From the NCBI GenBank assembly GCA_963632615.1, contig CAVGVF010000001.1, positions 138,636-197,718 on the forward strand: DNA of 59,083 nucleotides, in the 5' to 3' direction. Origin of the DNA: an uncultured Eubacteriales bacterium (lineage in GTDB: Bacteria > Pseudomonadota > Alphaproteobacteria > RF32 > CAG-239). Position 1 is the first letter of the stretch. The number at the start of each line of letters is the position of its first letter. Positions 28,401-37,947 of the stretch are shown piece after piece. Below the pieces are notes generated by a model that saw only the letters and a program-made list of their open reading frames with translations, made no database searches and had not been told where the DNA came from. Position numbers and translations under genes: made by a program.

Positions 28401-29538
28401 TGCTAAAGGATATTATCAAGTTTTGGAGGTTACTCCGAATGCGCCTTTGTCTTTAATAAAACAGCAATATTATGACCGAGCCAAATTTTGGCATCCGGAT
28501 CACAATGACAATCCTGATGCCGTAGAAATTTTCCAAAAAATTTCGGTAGCGTACAATATTTTGAAAGATCAAAAGAAGCGGCTGAAATATGATTTGCTTT
28601 CGCTGATTTACAATAATAATGATTTTCCGGATATGGAAGCTTTGAATCCATACAAAAACCAATCCGGAAAAGACGATGCGGCTTTAAGGGTTTTGAAACA
28701 GCGCCGCATAACGGCTTTTTTCAGCGGTTTTACCAAAAAAGAAACCAAAGATATATGCAATTACGCCGAAGCTAAGGATATGGTTGTTTCCACTTCTGTG
28801 GCAAATTGGTTGAAGGGTTGGTGGAGCTTGGATGCTTTTTTCGAAAATATCAAGGCGCTGAAATTCAATTATAATGCCGTTCAAGCCGCAGATGAAGACA
28901 ATTTCAAGCTGCTGATACATAATGCGATTGCGTATGAAAGCAATAACCGCAAAGATTTTGCCTGGATATATGCCAAACAGGCTTTGCTGATTGTAAAATC
29001 GAACGGCCGTGAGAAAGAGCTGTTACGGACATTTATTGATATTTTAGATTATCATCCGCAAAAATCAGTGGTGCTGCCGCGTTGGTCGGCGGCAGAGCTG
29101 CGGCTGCGGCAGCTTTTAATACCGGTGTTTTTAGCAGCCGTGGCGGCAATTTTGGGTGTATTTCTTATTGGAAAAGTCGGTTTAATCAATTTGCCTCAGC
29201 ATAAAAATTCCGGTTATTATAAAGAAATGGTAATCGGCGGAGTTAAAGTGGCGGATGACCAGATAGAAAGCCATATTATTAAAGTTGACGGCGATAAAAG
29301 CGATGAAAATTATATTTTCCATTTAACGGAAAATTGCAAAATTTATTACGGTCCGGACAGCCGCTATGATGTGCTGAAAGAGGGTGTTGCCGGACAAACT
29401 GTCCGTGTAGTCGGATATACGCCGGATAAGCAATGGTTCAAAATAATTATTGACAACGGCGAGGCCGGATACGTAAATAGAAGCAATATAGTTAAAGGAA
29501 TGGGCAACCCTGTTCCTCCGCGTTCACAAGTAAGATAA
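28384..29538 (+). CDS. membrane-anchored J-domain protein with a C-terminal SH3b-like domain
   Basis: The ATG at 28384 lies 7 nt after AGGAG and overlaps the upstream gene by 17 nt. It has a J domain with HPD (YYQVLEV...FWHPDHN...AYNILKD), one TM ([20 protein letters not shown]), and a C-terminal SH3-like region ([33 protein letters not shown]). Confidence 0.8.
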   Translation: MSANFDAKGYYQVLEVTPNAPLSLIKQQYYDRAKFWHPDHNDNPDAVEIFQKISVAYNILKDQKKRLKYDLLSLIYNNNDFPDMEALNPYKNQSGKDDAALRVLKQRRITAFFSGFTKKETKDICNYAEAKDMVVSTSVANWLKGWWSLDAFFENIKALKFNYNAVQAADEDNFKLLIHNAIAYESNNRKDFAWIYAKQALLIVKSNGREKELLRTFIDILDYHPQKSVVLPRWSAAELRLRQLLIPVFLAAVAAILGVFLIGKVGLINLPQHKNSGYYKEMVIGGVKVADDQIESHIIKVDGDKSDENYIFHLTENCKIYYGPDSRYDVLKEGVAGQTVRVVGYTPDKQWFKIIIDNGEAGYVNRSNIVKGMGNPVPPRSQVR

Positions 29539-29549
29539 TAGGATATGAC

Positions 29550-30674
29550 ATGGGACTGAAGTTTGAAATTGATAAAAAAGTCGGCAAAAGCCGTTTAGGA
29601 CGCTTAATAACCAAACACGGCGTAGTGAATACTCCGGCGTTTATGCCGGTGGGAACTTGCGGCACGGTTAAAGCTATGATGCCGGAAAGCGTGGCGGCGA
29701 CAGGTGCGGAGATTTTGCTGGGCAATACTTATCACTTAATGCTGCGTCCCGGTGCTGATTTGGTTGAAAAAATGGGCGGTCTGCACAAGTTTATGAACTG
29801 GAATAAGCCTATTTTAACGGATTCCGGCGGCTTTCAGGTTATGAGCCTGAGCGGTTTGCGCAAGCTTACGGAAGAGGGAGTGACTTTCCGTTCGCATGTT
29901 GATGGTAAAAAGTTCTTCTTAAGTCCTGAAGAGTCCATGAGTATTCAGCATAAGCTGGATTCAAATATCACTATGTGTCTGGATGAATGCACGCCGTACC
30001 CGTCAACTTATGAAACCTGCGCCAAGTCTATGCGGATGTCTATGCGCTGGGCAAAACGCAGCAAAGCCGCTTTTATTGACCGCGAGGGTTACGGAATTTT
30101 CGGTATTCAGCAAGGCAATGTCTATAAAGATTTGCGTGAAGAGTCGGCTAAAGCTTTGCGTGAAATCGGTTTTGACGGTTATGCTATCGGTGGTTTGGCT
30201 ATCGGCGAGGGGCAGGAAAAAATGTTTGAGGTTTTGGACTATGCTCCGGGAATGCTACCGGAAGATAAGCCTCGTTATTTAATGGGCGTCGGCCGTCCTG
30301 ACGATATTGTCGGCGCGGTTTTGCGCGGCGTGGATATGTTTGACTGCGTTATGCCGACCCGCTCCGGACGCACAGCACAGGCTTTTACTAAATACGGACC
30401 GATAAACATCCGCAACGCCCGCCACCGCGAAGACCCGCGTCCGCTGGAAGAGGGCTGCGACTGCCCGCTTTGCAGCCATTACAGCCGCGCTTATATCCAC
30501 CACCTGCAAAAATGCAACGAGGTTTTGGGAATTATGCTGCTTACATGGCACAATATCCGCTACTATGAACGTTTAATGCAGGGATTGCGCGCTGCTATTA
30601 AAAACGATACGCTTCAGGAATTTGCTGCTGAATTTTATGCAAATCAGGCCAAAGGCGATATAGAGGAGCTGTAA
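29550..30674 (+). CDS. tgt: queuine tRNA-ribosyltransferase
   Basis: Motifs LGNTYHL and TDSGGFQV, plus the zinc site [16 protein letters not shown]. Confidence 0.95.
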   Translation: MGLKFEIDKKVGKSRLGRLITKHGVVNTPAFMPVGTCGTVKAMMPESVAATGAEILLGNTYHLMLRPGADLVEKMGGLHKFMNWNKPILTDSGGFQVMSLSGLRKLTEEGVTFRSHVDGKKFFLSPEESMSIQHKLDSNITMCLDECTPYPSTYETCAKSMRMSMRWAKRSKAAFIDREGYGIFGIQQGNVYKDLREESAKALREIGFDGYAIGGLAIGEGQEKMFEVLDYAPGMLPEDKPRYLMGVGRPDDIVGAVLRGVDMFDCVMPTRSGRTAQAFTKYGPINIRNARHREDPRPLEEGCDCPLCSHYSRAYIHHLQKCNEVLGIMLLTWHNIRYYERLMQGLRAAIKNDTLQEFAAEFYANQAKGDIEEL

Positions 30675-30677
30675 AAT

Positions 30678-31628
30678 ATGGCAGAGCAGATATGTGATGT
30701 AGAAGAAAAAGTAATTCAAAGCTTTAAGCAGGCCAATAAAGAAGAGGGTATACGCGTATTTGTTGCCGGCGGTTCTCGTTCCGGCAATGACACGGCGTAT
30801 GCGCAGGAAGCTTACAATCTGGGCAAAAAAATTGTAAAAATGGAGTTTAAGCTGGACTTTGGCTTATCTAACAGCGGCATTATGGGCGCGGTGGCAAAAG
30901 GCGTGCTGGATGGCTGGAACAAGCGTCAATGCAAGCTTGAAGGTTCGCCGATTCAGGGAATTACCACTAAAAAATATTTTGATTTGTATCCGAATGACGA
31001 TGAGCTTATTAACAAAATGGATATTGTGGTTGCCAAAACCTTGGAAGAGCGCAAGCAAAAGCTTTTGGAATCTGACTTTGTGGTATTCGCTCCGGGAGGC
31101 GTTGGGACTTTGGATGAACTGGCTTATGACTGTGTGGCGATGCAGGACGGAATGCTGCCGATGAAACCGTTTATTATTTATAATATTAACGGCTTTTTCC
31201 ATCATTTGCTGGAGTTTTTGAAATACATTGCCCAAGAGGGATTCGCCAATCCGGTGCCGTTTATTGTGGTGGATAATAACGAAGAGCTGGAAATTGCTTT
31301 CCGCCTTTTGAAAAAACGCTATATAAAATGCGCGGACGGGCAGGAAGCTTATGCCAACGCACGTCAGCTGGTTTATGAATTGCCGTATTTTATTAAGCAA
31401 AAACTGAGCTTCAATCTGGAAGTGGAAGATTGTATTGAAAAAATGCATCAAATAAACACATCCGGCACTTATCAGGAACGCACCGTGCTGCGCAATGAAA
31501 TTGAAACTGCATATCTGGAAAAAGAAATCAGCCGTATGTATGACCGTTTGGCAAAAACCGGACGTGATACGGGCAATGTAAGTGAAAAATTAACTAAGCT
31601 GAAAAAACGCCGCAAGGAATTGGCGTAA
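30678..31628 (+). CDS. LOG/TIGR00730-type Rossmann-fold nucleotide-binding protein with an approximately 100-aa helical C-terminal extension
   Basis: A LOG-like PGGxGTxxE motif (FAPGGVGTLDELAYD) and an N-terminal VFVAGGSRSG. Lies 3 nt after tgt and shares 1 nt with the next gene. Confidence 0.7.
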   Translation: MAEQICDVEEKVIQSFKQANKEEGIRVFVAGGSRSGNDTAYAQEAYNLGKKIVKMEFKLDFGLSNSGIMGAVAKGVLDGWNKRQCKLEGSPIQGITTKKYFDLYPNDDELINKMDIVVAKTLEERKQKLLESDFVVFAPGGVGTLDELAYDCVAMQDGMLPMKPFIIYNINGFFHHLLEFLKYIAQEGFANPVPFIVVDNNEELEIAFRLLKKRYIKCADGQEAYANARQLVYELPYFIKQKLSFNLEVEDCIEKMHQINTSGTYQERTVLRNEIETAYLEKEISRMYDRLAKTGRDTGNVSEKLTKLKKRRKELA

Positions 31629-33376
31629 TGAGCGTATTCGGCTTCATTTTCAAATATTTGCGCAAAACAAAACTGATGGCGTCGATTATTTTGGCGGCGC
31701 TTATTGTCCGCTGTATTGCCGAACGCGGGCAGATTTACGCTATGTCGCAGGTTATCGGCTATTTGCCGAAATATACCGAAGACAATACAGTTTTATCGCA
31801 GATTGTGCTGTTTATCGGCTTGCTGGCGGCTATGCTGTTGCTGGACGGGCTTGGCTCGTACGTTTGGCGCTATACGGCCGGCAAATTTATGCCTTATTTC
31901 TGCAGCTTGGTGTATAAAGATATTTTTGTGCAGGTTCATCATCATTCGATTCGCTTTTTTAATGAAGAAATGGCGGGAAAAATCGCTTCTAAAACCAAAA
32001 ACATTGTTTCCGGCATTAAGGAAATTTACGGACAGATAGTGTTTGGGGTTATCAGGCCTTTAGGCGGCTTGATTATCACGATGATTCTGATTTGCTCGGC
32101 TGATTTTGAGCTTGGTATTATCATCTTTTTGCTGAATATAATGTATTTGCTGATTATGGTTTATATCCGCAAAAGAATAGGCTCGTTTGCCGAAAAAAGA
32201 GCCAGATTCGGGGCGGAAACCGACGGCGTTTTTATTGATACGGTTACTAATTCGGATTTAGTAAAAAGCTTTGCCAATTATTTTTATGAAAAAAAGCATT
32301 TTTATAATGTGTTGAAAACAGCCGTAAAAGCAGAGCAAACCGAACGCACTAAGGACGCTTGGTTTGATTTTGAGGGAAAAATCTGTTTTGCGGCAACTTA
32401 TTTGGCTTCCTGCTTGGCGGTTTTTTATTATTGGTATCTGCAAAAAATCAGCTTTGCCGATGTGGTAATGGCGACTTCTTTGCTGAACGGCATAATGTTT
32501 GATGTTATAAATATCGGCTTTTTCGTAAGTGAATTTTCTCAGTCTTACGGACAGGTTAAAGACGGCTTAAACTTAATTTTTCAGCCATGCTTAGTGCAAG
32601 ACGCGCCGGATGCTCATAATATCAAAATGCGCAATCGCTCTATCAGCTTTGCCAATATTGACTTTTGCTATCCGCAGAAAGAAAAGCTGTTTAACAATTT
32701 TTCACTGAAGATAAAATCAGGGCAGAAAGTCGGATTAGTCGGGCATTCCGGCAGCGGTAAATCTACATTGATTAAATTACTGGTGCGCTATTTTGATGTT
32801 TGCGGCGGAAAAATTACGGTCGGCGGCGAAGATATTGCCAAAGTCCGCCAAGAGAGCCTGCGGGCGCAGATAGCCGTGATTCCGCAAGACACCACATTGT
32901 TTAACCGCACGATTCGCGAAAATATCCGCTATGGGCGCTTGGACGCAACCGATGCGGAAGTGGAAGCTGCCGCCAAGCAAGCGTTTGCCGATGAGTTTAT
33001 AAAGCAGCTCCCGGACGGCTATGACAGCAAAGTCGGCGAGCGCGGCGTATTGCTTTCGGGCGGCGAGCGGCAGCGTATTGCGATTGCCCGCGCTATTCTG
33101 AAAAATGCGCCGATTCTGATTTTGGACGAAGCAACCTCGGCGCTGGACAGCCAAAGCGAAAACTATATTCAGCAATCACTCAAAAAATTGATGAAAGGCA
33201 AAACTGTTATCGCTATCGCCCACCGTCTGTCTACGCTGAAAGAAATGGATTCGCTGGTGGTAATGGATAAGGGCAAAATCGTTGAACAAGGTTCGCATGA
33301 CGAGCTTTTAGCTCATAAAGGCGCTTATTATAAATTTTACCGCCTGCAGAATTTTGAACAGCAGAACAGAAAATAA
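31628..33376 (+). CDS. ABC exporter, fused permease/ATPase (MsbA-like)
   Basis: Six-TM N-terminal domain, Walker A GHSGSGKST, signature LSGGERQRIAIARA, and Walker B ILILDEATSALD. Confidence 0.9.
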   Translation: MSVFGFIFKYLRKTKLMASIILAALIVRCIAERGQIYAMSQVIGYLPKYTEDNTVLSQIVLFIGLLAAMLLLDGLGSYVWRYTAGKFMPYFCSLVYKDIFVQVHHHSIRFFNEEMAGKIASKTKNIVSGIKEIYGQIVFGVIRPLGGLIITMILICSADFELGIIIFLLNIMYLLIMVYIRKRIGSFAEKRARFGAETDGVFIDTVTNSDLVKSFANYFYEKKHFYNVLKTAVKAEQTERTKDAWFDFEGKICFAATYLASCLAVFYYWYLQKISFADVVMATSLLNGIMFDVINIGFFVSEFSQSYGQVKDGLNLIFQPCLVQDAPDAHNIKMRNRSISFANIDFCYPQKEKLFNNFSLKIKSGQKVGLVGHSGSGKSTLIKLLVRYFDVCGGKITVGGEDIAKVRQESLRAQIAVIPQDTTLFNRTIRENIRYGRLDATDAEVEAAAKQAFADEFIKQLPDGYDSKVGERGVLLSGGERQRIAIARAILKNAPILILDEATSALDSQSENYIQQSLKKLMKGKTVIAIAHRLSTLKEMDSLVVMDKGKIVEQGSHDELLAHKGAYYKFYRLQNFEQQNRK

Positions 33377-33381
33377 AATGC

Positions 33382-33409
33382 TTGCAAAAAAATTGAAATT
33401 GCATATATT
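33382..33409 (+). promoter_or_regulatory. putative sigma-70 promoter of the aldolase gene
   Basis: TTGCAA, a 16-nt spacer, then TATATT, about 40 nt upstream of the fba ATG. Confidence 0.35.
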
Positions 33410-33448
33410 TTAGGCAGTTATAAAACTTAACTTTTTAAGGAGAAAAAA

Positions 33449-34498
33449 ATGCCTTTAGTATCTATGCGTCAAATTCTTGACCATGCAGCAGAACACGGTT
33501 ATGGTGTTCCGGCTTTCAACGTAAACGATATGGAACAAATTTTAGCTGTATTGCAAGCTGCTAAAAAAGTAAATGCTCCGGTTATTTTGCAAACCTCTAC
33601 CGGCGCTCGTAAATTTGCCGGCGATCCGATGATTCGCCACATGGTAATGGCTGGTATCGAGATGTTTCCCGAATTGCCGATTTGCTTGCACCAAGACCAC
33701 GGCGCTTCTGTAAATATCTGCCAATCCGCTATTGTAAACGGTTACAGCTCTGTAATGATGGACGGTTCTTTGGAAGCTGACGGCAAAACACCGGCTTCAT
33801 TTGAATATAACGTTCGCGTAACTCAAGAAGTTGTAGCCCGCGCACACGCTGTTGGTGCTTCTGTAGAAGGCGAATTGGGCGTTATCGGCTCTTTGGAAAC
33901 CGGTAAAGCTGACAAAGAAGACGGCCATGGTGCCGAAGGTAAATTGGATAGAAAACGCTTGGTAACCGACCCGGATGAAGCAGCCGAATTTGTAGCTTTG
34001 ACACACTTGGATGCTTTGGCAGTTGCTGTTGGTACTTCTCACGGCGCTTACAAATTCACTCGTAAACCGGACGGCGATATTTTGGCTATTGATGTGATTG
34101 AAAAAATTCACGCCAAATTGCCTAACACTCACTTGGTAATGCATGGTTCTTCTTCTGTTCCGCAGGAATTGCAAGATTTAATCAATGCTTACGGCGGTGC
34201 TATTCCTCAGACCTACGGCGTTCCTGTTGAAGAAATTGTCCGCGGTATTAAATCCGGCGTTCGCAAAGTTAATGTAGATACCGATTCCCGTATGGCAATT
34301 ACCGGTGCTATCCGCCGTTTCTTTATGGAAAATCCGAAAGAATTCGACCCTCGTAAATATTTGAAACCTGCTATTGAAGAAATGCAGAAAGTTTGCGAAG
34401 CTCGTTATATTGCCTTTGGCGCAGCTGGACATGCTGATCAAATTAAAGCTATCAAATTGTCTGATATGGCGCAGAGATACGCTGCCGGCGAATTATAA
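33449..34498 (+). CDS. fba: fructose-bisphosphate aldolase, class II
   Basis: Motifs YGVPAFNVNDMEQ, LHQDHG, MMDGS and GTSHGAYKF. A strong SD (AAGGAGAAAAAA) is present. Confidence 0.93.
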   Translation: MPLVSMRQILDHAAEHGYGVPAFNVNDMEQILAVLQAAKKVNAPVILQTSTGARKFAGDPMIRHMVMAGIEMFPELPICLHQDHGASVNICQSAIVNGYSSVMMDGSLEADGKTPASFEYNVRVTQEVVARAHAVGASVEGELGVIGSLETGKADKEDGHGAEGKLDRKRLVTDPDEAAEFVALTHLDALAVAVGTSHGAYKFTRKPDGDILAIDVIEKIHAKLPNTHLVMHGSSSVPQELQDLINAYGGAIPQTYGVPVEEIVRGIKSGVRKVNVDTDSRMAITGAIRRFFMENPKEFDPRKYLKPAIEEMQKVCEARYIAFGAAGHADQIKAIKLSDMAQRYAAGEL

Positions 34499-34522
34499 TA
34501 GCTTCTTTAGTCATAATGAAAA

Positions 34523-34552
34523 CTCCATTGGTTTTACTGATGGAGCTTTTTT
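34523..34552 (+). terminator. putative intrinsic terminator after fba
   Basis: A 6-bp stem (CTCCAT / ATGGAG) is followed by CTTTTTTT. It overlaps the stop of the convergent pilin-like ORF. Confidence 0.4.
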
Positions 34553-35457
34553 TATGGCCAAAGATGTATGGAATAGTGTACGCCTCCGCCGTCTTTGGCC
34601 ATAAAGTGACATTTTGACTGAATATCATTCAAGGTAGCGGATATCAGGCTTTTGGTGGAAAATAAAGAATAAACAGTTCCTTTGCCGTCTTCTATTCTGT
34701 AGTAATCAATAACTTTTATATCTTGGGCGATGGGTTTTGCCGCCCAAACGATGTTGTGGCAAAATTCTTCGGATTCACGGGATAAGTCTGAGTCTTGGTC
34801 GGCTCTGAAAAATATTTCCAAAACAAAATGTTTGGCATCATCACGATTATATTTATGTATCTGAATCATATTGCCGCTTTTATCATAAATTGTGCTATTT
34901 TTATACGTTGTTCCTTCCGGCAGATAGCCAAGAGAATAAACTAAATCCGTAATATTTTGAAATTCTGCTAAATTAGTGCCGAGCTTGGGTTTTATTTCTA
35001 TCATTGCCTGCAGCAATTCAGAAAGCAGTTGGCGCTGAATATTGGATTTGTGTGCCTGCATAGCTTTAGAGTAACCGGCAATTCCGCCAACTGATAAAAC
35101 CGCGATAATCGCCAGCACGCCCAGCATTTCTATCATCGAACGGCCAAGTTGCAGCACACTCTTATTGTCATCCTTGGCTTTGAGCGTCAGCTCATTCGCC
35201 GAGGATCCAGAATGGTACATCCGATTCAATAATTTAATGAATGGAAAAAACATAGACAAACATCCCCGGCACCCGTCATTGCCGGACATGACGCACAGTC
35301 TGTTCCGGCAATCTTGGCTCAACAGACTCCTTTTGAATAATAAGGCAAATTTATTGACTTGGTTAGTCATTCGCTGCACCAAGATTACCGGAATAAATCC
35401 GGTAATGACGGAGAACAGACGAGAGCTCATACAATTTTTTAAATCCTTAACTATCAT
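34552..35457 (-). CDS. prepilin-type (type IV pilin / pseudopilin-like) protein; the true start is uncertain
   Basis: The class III signal motif G|RSMIEMLGVLAIIAVLSVGGIAGY (Glu at +5) begins at residue 105 of the 301-aa ORF. The ATG at 35457 has AGGAAG 5 nt upstream. Alternative in-frame starts are the ATG at 35220 and the GTG at 35157. Confidence 0.65.
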   Translation of the reverse strand: MIVKDLKNCMSSRLFSVITGFIPVILVQRMTNQVNKFALLFKRSLLSQDCRNRLCVMSGNDGCRGCLSMFFPFIKLLNRMYHSGSSANELTLKAKDDNKSVLQLGRSMIEMLGVLAIIAVLSVGGIAGYSKAMQAHKSNIQRQLLSELLQAMIEIKPKLGTNLAEFQNITDLVYSLGYLPEGTTYKNSTIYDKSGNMIQIHKYNRDDAKHFVLEIFFRADQDSDLSRESEEFCHNIVWAAKPIAQDIKVIDYYRIEDGKGTVYSLFSTKSLISATLNDIQSKCHFMAKDGGGVHYSIHLWP

Positions 35458-35715
35458 TACAACTTCCTATCATTTTGAAATTACAACAAAAAAGCCGCTT
35501 AAAAAAGCAGCTGGAAGTTCGTAACTATGTAAATTAAATAGTGTAGCATATTAGCATATAGCACATTTTGCTACCTTCCAGCCCTTTAGCCAGAAGGTAT
35601 GCTTAATTAACGTCTAACACTAAGACGAATTTACAGAGGTTACGACACCCCGGACAGACTATCGCCTATCCGCAAATATTTTAGTATGATATAATGTTGT
35701 TGTAAAGAAAAATAA

Positions 35716-35755
35716 AAGAATCCCAAAAATTACTTCCGCAACCCTTGGGATTCTT
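35716..35755 (-). terminator. intrinsic terminator of the F0 operon
   Basis: A perfect 11-bp stem (AAGAATCCCAA / TTGGGATTCTT) is followed on the minus strand by TTTATTTTTC. It lies 20 nt after the atpF stop. Confidence 0.65.
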
Positions 35756-35774
35756 GCACACAAATGTTTGAATT

Positions 35775-36431
35775 TTATTTTATAAACTTATCCAAACTTG
35801 CTATAGCATTATCAATCAAAGCACTTTTGTCGGCTTTTTCAATATGTTGCATAATGGCTTTTTTTGCCAGTTCAACAGATGATCGGGCTACTGACTGATT
35901 TATCTCCGCCATTGCATTTTCCGTTGAGCTTAAAATGCGGCGTTTAATTTCTTTTTCTTTTACCGCCGTATTTTCTTTAAGCTGCGCTAAATCATTTTTC
36001 TTTTGATTAGCAATATTTTTTTCAGCTTGCTTTAAAATCTCCGCAACCTCAGCTTCGGTAGTCGCAAATTTGCGTTCATACTGAGCTAAGAGCTCTTGAG
36101 CATCATCGCGCAGTTTTTCAGCATCGGAAATTTGATTTTTAACGGAATCAATCTTGCCGCGCATAGCACCTTTCAAAAAGCGGTAAGCCGGTTTAGCCAA
36201 TACCGCGATTGATAAAATAAATGCCATACCGACCCAAAATTCCACATCGGCATAAAACGGAACATCTGCAATTTGATGAGCAATGTCCGGATTGGCTTTG
36301 TCAAACACTTCCGAAACATTTTCTGCTGCATCAATAATGGCATTTTGCGTGGCGTTAATCAAATCATTGCCGTTTTGCAAAGCACCGGATGCAACATCTT
36401 CTAATGGTTTTTCAATAAGTTCCTCTGCCAT
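35775..36431 (-). CDS. atpF: F0F1 ATP synthase subunit b (with N-terminal extension)
   Basis: Single TM (FWVGMAFILSIAVLA) followed by a long charged helix. It is the last gene of the atpI-a-c-b'-b order typical of alphaproteobacteria. Confidence 0.85.
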   Translation of the reverse strand: MAEELIEKPLEDVASGALQNGNDLINATQNAIIDAAENVSEVFDKANPDIAHQIADVPFYADVEFWVGMAFILSIAVLAKPAYRFLKGAMRGKIDSVKNQISDAEKLRDDAQELLAQYERKFATTEAEVAEILKQAEKNIANQKKNDLAQLKENTAVKEKEIKRRILSSTENAMAEINQSVARSSVELAKKAIMQHIEKADKSALIDNAIASLDKFIK

Positions 36432-36916
36432 TATACGTTTCCTTTGTGGTCGGCTGCATCAGTTATGTCTTTTTTTGAAATATTTGTAAAACCGAGTTTT
36501 TGCACTATTTCAAACGCCAAATTTTGCGAAAGCGATTCAATTTGCTGCAGAGTTTCTTTTTTTTCTGTGGCTAATTTAAATTCGCTGTCGGCAATTTGTT
36601 TGTTCAGACGCTCATTCAGCAGCTTTTCTTCAGCAGCCAAAAACGCCGCCGATTCTTTTTGATTTTCGGCGATGCTAGCTGATGCTTTTTGTTTGGCTTC
36701 ATTCAAAGCCTGCTCATACTTTGCCAAAGAGGCTTTTGCCTGCTGGTTAAGTTTTTCGGCCTTGCGGATGTAATCATCGATTTTGCGCTTGCGCTGTTCC
36801 AAAACATCTGCAATTTTCGGCGTAACAAAAATTGAGAGTAAAATCCACAGCAGGCAAAAACTCAGAACCATCCAAAAAGCCTGAGAGGCAAATGTAGATA
36901 AGTCTAATTGAGGCAT
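36431..36916 (-). CDS. F0F1 ATP synthase subunit b'
   Basis: N-terminal MPQLDLSTFASQAFWMVLSF is typical of b/b' subunits. It has a single TM plus a coiled coil and sits between the c and b genes. Confidence 0.8.
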   Translation of the reverse strand: MPQLDLSTFASQAFWMVLSFCLLWILLSIFVTPKIADVLEQRKRKIDDYIRKAEKLNQQAKASLAKYEQALNEAKQKASASIAENQKESAAFLAAEEKLLNERLNKQIADSEFKLATEKKETLQQIESLSQNLAFEIVQKLGFTNISKKDITDAADHKGNV

Positions 36917-36951
36917 TTTGTTCCCTCGCTAATAAAAGGAATTTATGTCTG

Positions 36952-37188
36952 TTAGATAATCATCAAGATGGCAATAACCAGAATGTACAAAGCAATAGCT
37001 TCAATAGAACCCATACCGATAAAGCCGAACAAGGTAACGTCTTTTTTAACTTGAGGATTGCGGCCTACTGTTTCAATCAAAGCCACCCACAGTTTAGTCA
37101 AGCCCCAAGCAGCGGCAGTCATAGCCAAAGCGCAGATACCGGCACCGATGTAAGCCAAAGTTTTGTTTTGTAAGATTTCGTTTTCCAT
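36952..37188 (-). CDS. atpE: F0F1 ATP synthase subunit c
   Basis: A 78-aa two-helix hairpin with the carboxylate in GMGSIEAIALY. Confidence 0.9.
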   Translation of the reverse strand: MENEILQNKTLAYIGAGICALAMTAAAWGLTKLWVALIETVGRNPQVKKDVTLFGFIGMGSIEAIALYILVIAILMII

Positions 37189-37218
37189 TTTGAGTTCCTT
37201 TCTATTTAGTCAACAAAA

Positions 37219-37947
37219 TTAATGTTCGTTACTGATTGCCATGTTTAAATATACGCAGCTGAGCGTTGTGTATATATAAGCTTGCAGCAATGTAACAAAA
37301 AGTTCAAACATAATGATTCCCATGTCTGCGATTAAAGGTATAAAACCAAAAATCTGCATGGTAATGATAAAGCCTCCCAAAACCTTCAGAATAATGTGTC
37401 CGACCGACATATTAACTGCCAAACGGATTGTCAGACTGAAAGGCTTTGAAAGAAGCGAAATTGTTTCAATCGGGATAATTAACGGAGCCATAAGCGCCGG
37501 AACGCCTTGCGGGAAAAATGTGTGCAAATAGCCTAAGCCGCGTTTTTTTATTCCGACAACAATATTCATCAAAAGGCAAAAAATTGAAAGAGCGCCGACC
37601 GCTGCAATATGCGAAGTAAACGTAAAGCTATACGGGAACAGTCCCAAAATATTGCCGCCGGCAATAAAGGTAAACAGCGCAAAAACAAATGAAAAATACT
37701 TTACACCGTTTTTCCCCAGAGTTTCGCCCATAATGCCTTGAATAAAACCGTAAACAGCTTCTGGAATTGTTTGTGCCATGGTCGGAACAATATCTCTTTT
37801 TCTGAGGCAAAAACTCATACTGAGCAAAATAACGGCAATCGTAATCAGCATACATAGAGATGAATTTGTAAACGACAAATCAACTCCGTTAAATTCAAAC
37901 GGAATAATCTTTTTTATTTCAAATTGTTCAACCGGACTTGACATCAA
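37219..37947 (-). CDS. atpB: F0F1 ATP synthase subunit a
   Basis: Conserved motif LTIRLAVNMSVGH containing the essential Arg. Polytopic membrane protein. Confidence 0.92.
   Translation of the reverse strand: MMSSPVEQFEIKKIIPFEFNGVDLSFTNSSLCMLITIAVILLSMSFCLRKRDIVPTMAQTIPEAVYGFIQGIMGETLGKNGVKYFSFVFALFTFIAGGNILGLFPYSFTFTSHIAAVGALSIFCLLMNIVVGIKKRGLGYLHTFFPQGVPALMAPLIIPIETISLLSKPFSLTIRLAVNMSVGHIILKVLGGFIITMQIFGFIPLIADMGIIMFELFVTLLQAYIYTTLSCVYLNMAISNEH

Noticed and set aside
30864-31451. 195-aa ORF antisense to the LOG-family gene
   Set aside because: It lies entirely within a well-supported plus-strand gene carrying the PGGxGTxxE motif. The antisense translation has no recognisable features or SD.
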